Below, one piece after another: positions 58,598 to 64,000 of a stretch of DNA of 64,000 bases. The stretch's first letter is position 1; each line of letters starts with the position of its first letter. Under the pieces are notes generated by a model. That model was not told the origin of the DNA, did not search any database, and saw nothing but the letters and a program-made list of their open reading frames with translations. Both the position numbers and the translations under genes were made by a program. This DNA is from Piedraia hortae CBS 480.64 (lineage: Eukaryota): contig MU005971.1 in the NCBI GenBank assembly GCA_010093745.1, forward strand, positions 62,001 through 126,000, in the 5' to 3' direction.

Positions 58598-59799
58598 GTG
58601 CTTACTGCGTCGATTTGCCCTGTCTTGCTTCAGATATGGAACGCTCTAGAAACACCTCTTTCTGAAGTCTTCGGTGAGAGTGACGAGGTGCGACAAGCAC
58701 AGACACAGTTGCGTATCACTCGCCTCCGTCACCGAACTACGGTATTAGACCTCATTGCCCAGTTGGACTCATTCACGGACCAGCTCAACTGGCCAGCTCA
58801 GGCACGGCACGCCTTCTTCTACCAAGTCGTACGACCGGCGGTTCGCCTGGCCTTGATCCATACTGACACTACGACCTATCAAGCGTTAAAGGAGAACGCT
58901 AAATGGGTCGAAGCCCTTCAAGAACTGGCCAAAGGAAACGCCGATGCACCCTCGCACAAACCTTCCCGACGCGGGTGTAAGCGCAAAGCGGGCCCGGGCA
59001 TGTGCCTAAAGGCTGCTGTGCAAAAGCCACTGCCGAAGGCAAACCCATCACCCGCCACTGCGATGCGGTTGATGATCCTGCTGGGGTCGAGCGCGTACCA
59101 CTTACCATCGTCGGCAACACCTACCAGGCCCTCGTTGACACTGGCGCGGTGGTGAATTGCATTCGAGCCAGCATCGCGCCACCCGATAAGCTTCCCTCTC
59201 GAGTCAATCTGGTGGGACCCACGGGACTGCCTATAGCCACGCATGCCGACCAAGTTCTGATTGAGATCAATATGCGGCCTGTTCTCTGTTACGTTGTGGA
59301 GGGCCTTTCCGAGCACCTCATCCTAGGCCTACCATATATCAAGGATGAAGGATTGCCTAGAATATGCCATATCCATACGACAGGCCCGAGCAAGAACGGG
59401 CGCAACCCACGGCCTCTCCTCTCTGCGGAGCCCGACGCCTTGAAGTCAACCTTGAATGAGGGAATCTCGAAAGGGTTGATCAAGCCATCCAATGCAGGGA
59501 AGGCAGCGAACATTCTGTTCGTGCCTAAGAAAGACAATTCATTGCGCATGTGCATCGATTACAGGAACCTTAACTCTAACACCGTCACGAATGATTACGC
59601 AATTCCCAATCTGGATGACCTCCTCCAACGGGCAGCAGCGTCCCGCCTGTTCTCGCTCATAGATATCCGTAGCGCTTTTCACCGCATCCCTCCGTCGCCA
59701 ATAACGCGTTCAAAGACAGTTTTCAAGTGTGTTGAGGGAACGTTTGAGTACAACGTGATGCCCTTTGGCATCAAAAATGGCCCCGCTACGTTCCAATGA
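58598..59799 (+). mobile_element. Truncated Ty3/Gypsy LTR-retrotransposon remnant (gag, protease, N-terminal RT)
   Basis: Gag-like VFGESDE..LNWP..FFYQ; protease ALVDTGA; RT LFVPKKDNSLRMCIDYRNLN..IDIRSAFHRI..VMPFGIKNGPATFQ*. No YxDD, RNase H, integrase or LTR seen. Confidence 0.92.
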
Positions 59800-60782
59800 G
59801 ACACTGACCGCCTACTGTTCCGCCTCAGATAACATCTGCAGTTTTCCGCGTCTCTCGGCATCTTTCCCTCACCAACAATTATGATCTCCTTGAGATCATC
59901 CACAATGCCGTACAGACCACTGCGACCCCATCCTCTGTTTCTCAGTGGCCCTCCAACGAAGCCCAATCCCCGCAGGAGTATCATAACAAGAATGGCATAT
60001 CAGTAAGTTTGCCGCAATCATTGCGCCATTTCACCAAACTAACATTTAAAGTCCCCTTGACATCTTCCCTATCTCATTCCCAGCGTTCTGGCCACTGCAG
60101 CTGACCCGAATGCGTTTGGTATGGGCCTCCTACATGGTAGTGCAAACCACTCCGGTCGCACCTGAGCTTCCAACCAAGTCCTCCTACCTCAGGCCCTTCC
60201 TTAGGCCGGCGATCCGAGAATGGTATGTCCGCCGCCGTCTTAATAGTATCGGCTGACTAACGAGTACAGGTGTTCATCATCTACTTTCAAATCCCAACAT
60301 GCTGGCGTTCAAGGCCCCCAGCGATAAGAACGATCCCTGCTAGAATTCAGCTCTATGGTCGATGGCTGGAAGAAAGGGGGATGGACTGGGTTGAATCTAT
60401 GCAGGGAAGAAGGACAGCTGATAAGGATCAAGGTGGAACCCGGATTAGGATAGGTCAAGATGGATTAATCTTTGGCTTTGGTTGGGAACGACTGCTTGAA
60501 CCCTTTGAACACCTCCATAGTATCGGATTAACACAGCACCTTTGTCGCTTCTCATACATCGTCAGATGATCATCCACTCTCTAAGGCTCTCTAACCTTCA
60601 ACTTGAAACCGGGACAAAAGAAACGATCTCTACACAATACAGAAACCAACATCCAACCACCTCAACCACTCTTCAACCTAAAACTTTTTCTTACACATCG
60701 AAAAAAACTACCACAAAAGTCAAAACACACTCATCAAACTCTAATCTCAAACATACCCGATATATACCCCATCCTACAAAAA

Positions 60783-63700
60783 CTACCTCCTCCCCACCCT
60801 CTCCCTTCTCGCAAACACACTACCCCGTCTCGGACTCGCTGCGACCGGCCCTCCCAAATCCCCAAAATCCCTAATCCCAAGTCTCGACTCACAAACCCTT
60901 GCCCAAAACCCTTGGACCGCCCTCTGTAAATCAGCCGTCATCTCCCTATTCATCAACCCCAGCACCAGCGGAGCAAACATATCCACAAGTTTCCCAAACT
61001 CCTGTTCCGCGAAGAGACTGAACCCATCCAACACATCAACCACAACAGGCCTCCACGTTACGATATTCCTCTGATGCGTCTCCTCATCAAGTTCAATGTA
61101 CGATTCGAGGATATCTGAACAAAGAGGGATCAAAGCCGCTTCGGTTTCAGGACGGGAGGCGATTCGTTCGGAGGTTGTGTCTGCATACATGCGGAGGAGA
61201 ATTAGGACGTAAACACTCGCGGAGCCGGATTCTTGTTTGAGGAGGTTGGGGGGCTGTTTCATGAAACCTTCACGGAAGAGGCGCGTGCGGAGGTCGCGAT
61301 CTTCGTTGAATCGCTTCGCGAAGTGGTAGGATTTTTTGAGTAGGGACATTAAGCGGAGGAGGAGGTGGGAGGGGATGGAACTGTAGACGGAGTCGTTGTT
61401 GAAGAGCTCGGAGACGGTTTCGATCATGAGGAGTTGAAGTACGCATTTTGTGATGATTTGGTTGAAGTAGCGTCGCTTTGCGGCCGTGACAACTACGGGG
61501 GCCTGTTGTTGTTTCGCCGAGGAGCCGGATTCCGCGAAGTCTTCGAGCTCAGATTTCTTGGTGCGTGGCGAGGGACTTGTTTCGTGGATATCGGAGAGGG
61601 AAGTGATGGTTCTGGTACGGGCTCGGCGTGGGCCGTTGGAGACTTCGTCTGTTGAGCCGTTGGGCTTTGCACCATCGTCTTGGGAGGTGAGTGCGTTGGG
61701 ACCCTTGGGTATGTCCAGTGTTGCGTTCTCAGTTGTTTCGCTCGCTCTTCTAGATCCTCCGGTTGTTGCTGGACTGAACAGTTCCTTGGCCTCGGTCCGC
61801 GCAAAGAGATCGACAAATGCTCGGACAATCATCTCCCAGTGATTCTCTGAGAACCTCATCACGTTCTGCAGAATCAACTGCTGCAGACAGTTGCTTCCGA
61901 TGCGCGCCAATGTGTCGTTTTCCTGACAAATGCACAATGCAAGGAGGTCCAGAAACCTGTCGAGCATGTACTCGAGACTGTCAAAAAAGTGCGTAAAGAG
62001 GCTAATCATGTTGCGAAGGGCCTGGATCAGCGTTGTTGACAGCCAAACGCTGAGCTCCTCGTGGTTTACAGCCTCCTGATTGATAGCTTTGCGGTCCTTG
62101 AGCACAACAAATATAGGATAGAACAGTTGCCGCCACAGCGTGTCCCAGAATTCTCTTGGCCAGCTTCCTCCATAGCGCATAAGCGTGTCAAACAGATAGT
62201 TAAGTGCACGGCTCCGCACTTCGAGATCTTCGCCCGTCATGAGGACATCGTGGAAAGCAAAAAGGACTGGGAACCAAAATTGCTCTTCCTGCGTCTGTCT
62301 GCTGGGCTGCTTGGGTAACCCTTCTGCCTGCGGTGCGTCCTTCTTGGCCTCATCAGTGTTCAAGCTCAGAGAGCACTCTGGAGTCCGCAGCATCTTGGGT
62401 ACTGATGCTTTGAGCGTCTCAATCGCCTGCAGCGACTTCTTCTGGAATCGCTGATTCTTACTAAATTCGGTCAAGCAGACCACAAGGTCCGCAAAGGCAC
62501 CTTGGCTAATGACGACCCCAAACCGTTCATTGTAAACCTGAGTGACATTGTCAAAGGCCAGGTTGACAATACTCTCGTACGGCTCACGCGCAGCTACGGT
62601 AAACACGCCAAACATTGTTCTCCAACCGCTTCGGATCTTGTCGCCCTTGGCTTGGATCATCTGAATGAGGCACCGCAGCACGAGATCCTTTACCGTTGCC
62701 TGGGACGCATTGCCCAGAATGAACTCAAACGGTTTGAGAAAATCTTTTTGGAACTTGAAGCCTGGAAGCTCTTCAATCTCCATGAACCGCATCGACAGCT
62801 GGCGTAAACTGTTCAATGCCAGGTTGACAACTGTTGTATTGTTGTGACAGCCGACATCGATAAAGTGCTGTCCAAGAACCTGCCAAATGCTGGTCCATTC
62901 GAAGCGCACACGCAGCATGTTGTACTCTGACACTTCTACTAATTTGGTCAGACTATAGATACGGGGATCTGCCGACTGGCCGGACGATTGAATCTCCTGC
63001 CAGCTGACTTGCGTAAGAGCGCGCACAAAATGCACAATGGCGTCTCCAGACAGGTTGGCAGTGTTGGTGAAGATGCGGTCCACCCCACGGATCATATCCA
63101 CACTGCGAGACTCTTCGGCAATATCAGAATGGAAAGTGCCCCCAGAGGCACCTCTAATCTGTCCTCTTCGCTGCCCATGTGCGCCTCTTCTCATCGAGCC
63201 GGTGGGGTTTGCCGAGTTGAAAGCTGAATGACGAAGCATGTCCGGCACAGCACCTTCAGAAACTCCAGACGAGATGAGCTGGAAGCGGTCGAGTTGGGAG
63301 ATGCAAGTCAACACCTCTCTCCAGCTTTCTTTCAACAAGTTGCCTTCGGTATAAGCAATGTCTAGCAGCGCCTTGAGAGCATCCATATTCTTGGACTTCA
63401 TCTCGCTCAGGTTGTAAAGGCTCGTGCTCTGAGCCAGGCTGGTGACAAACGCTTGTCTTGGGTCCTCTAGATCGAACAGACATGCTATGCGGATCGCCAA
63501 CTTGAGGCCCTTGATGCACAGGTGGATGGTCTCAATGTTCTGAGATTCCTGCACAGAACCAGAGAGGGCGGTGAGAAAAGACATCCACGTCATTTCAAAC
63601 ATTGGACCAACGTGTCTAGAGTCGCGTGCTGTTATAAACCGCGAGCCCTGCACTTTGGCCGTCGTTGCCGCTCCAATCCGCCTTTGCTGGCGCAAAATGT

Positions 63701-64000
63701 TCTTGAAAAGTAGCTCTGTGCGAGCACTCATCTCGTCACTAGCCGCTACGTACGCCTCCCTCTGTAGGTCCCGTCCGACGTTTGCCAAAGCCGAGACGAG
63801 TCCACCAGGCTGTATCGGCTGGGGCGCAAAGCCTAGGTTTGCAGCTCTCTCCCGTTCCGTGTCGAGGACAATCTCATTGTTCTGGATCTCTTCAAAGATG
63901 CCACGCAGATAATCTTCTGGAAGGTCTGCATTATCGTTGATGCCCCTGTTGTTCTTGATAAAGTCTTCGGGTGCCATCCGCTGTTTAACCTGAGCCGAGT
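60783..64000 (-). CDS. SEC7: Arf guanine-nucleotide exchange factor Sec7/BIG, 3' part (5' end outside window)
   Basis: End of Sec7 domain (FIKNNRGIND..DLP) and HDS domains: SLRQLSMRF, FQKDFLKPF, IRSGW, CICQENDTLARIG, PPNLLKQES. Confidence 0.96.
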   Translation of the reverse strand, partial: SAQVKQRMAPEDFIKNNRGINDNADLPEDYLRGIFEEIQNNEIVLDTERERAANLGFAPQPIQPGGLVSALANVGRDLQREAYVAASDEMSARTELLFKNILRQQRRIGAATTAKVQGSRFITARDSRHVGPMFEMTWMSFLTALSGSVQESQNIETIHLCIKGLKLAIRIACLFDLEDPRQAFVTSLAQSTSLYNLSEMKSKNMDALKALLDIAYTEGNLLKESWREVLTCISQLDRFQLISSGVSEGAVPDMLRHSAFNSANPTGSMRRGAHGQRRGQIRGASGGTFHSDIAEESRSVDMIRGVDRIFTNTANLSGDAIVHFVRALTQVSWQEIQSSGQSADPRIYSLTKLVEVSEYNMLRVRFEWTSIWQVLGQHFIDVGCHNNTTVVNLALNSLRQLSMRFMEIEELPGFKFQKDFLKPFEFILGNASQATVKDLVLRCLIQMIQAKGDKIRSGWRTMFGVFTVAAREPYESIVNLAFDNVTQVYNERFGVVISQGAFADLVVCLTEFSKNQRFQKKSLQAIETLKASVPKMLRTPECSLSLNTDEAKKDAPQAEGLPKQPSRQTQEEQFWFPVLFAFHDVLMTGEDLEVRSRALNYLFDTLMRYGGSWPREFWDTLWRQLFYPIFVVLKDRKAINQEAVNHEELSVWLSTTLIQALRNMISLFTHFFDSLEYMLDRFLDLLALCICQENDTLARIGSNCLQQLILQNVMRFSENHWEMIVRAFVDLFARTEAKELFSPATTGGSRRASETTENATLDIPKGPNALTSQDDGAKPNGSTDEVSNGPRRARTRTITSLSDIHETSPSPRTKKSELEDFAESGSSAKQQQAPVVVTAAKRRYFNQIITKCVLQLLMIETVSELFNNDSVYSSIPSHLLLRLMSLLKKSYHFAKRFNEDRDLRTRLFREGFMKQPPNLLKQESGSASVYVLILLRMYADTTSERIASRPETEAALIPLCSDILESYIELDEETHQRNIVTWRPVVVDVLDGFSLFAEQEFGKLVDMFAPLVLGLMNREMTADLQRAVQGFWARVCESRLGIRDFGDLGGPVAASPRRGSVFARRERVGRR

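Overview
Gene-dense filamentous ascomycete (Pezizomycotina) nuclear DNA with short GT-AG introns. Host genes: CTF18, a SAM-methyltransferase-like gene, VPS52, eIF5A, RRN7, medA, ubiquitin-L40, ASK1, two SDRs, an SDT1-like HAD nucleotidase, a LIM-RhoGAP, an R3H protein (spanning a 636-N gap), a multi-KH protein, STU1 and the 3' part of SEC7. Remnants: a LEU5-like pseudogene, a Ty3/Gypsy fragment and the 3' end of a Tad1-like LINE. The standout is a ~10 kb foreign island (~38.3-48.4 kb) between an SDR gene and STU1, directly after the LINE remnant. It is intronless and tightly packed (ATGA overlap, 1-41 bp spacers). It encodes a very divergent Rpb2/beta-like RNA polymerase subunit, two uracil-DNA-glycosylase-like proteins lacking the catalytic Asp, a probable TBP-fold protein and several ORFans. 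It is also a patchwork: two parts of the polymerase gene recur as diverged homologous pieces fused in frame to other sequence. The best reading is an endogenised mosaic of a large DNA virus or virus-like element with its own transcription machinery. All assignments come from motif recognition by eye; no database search was run.
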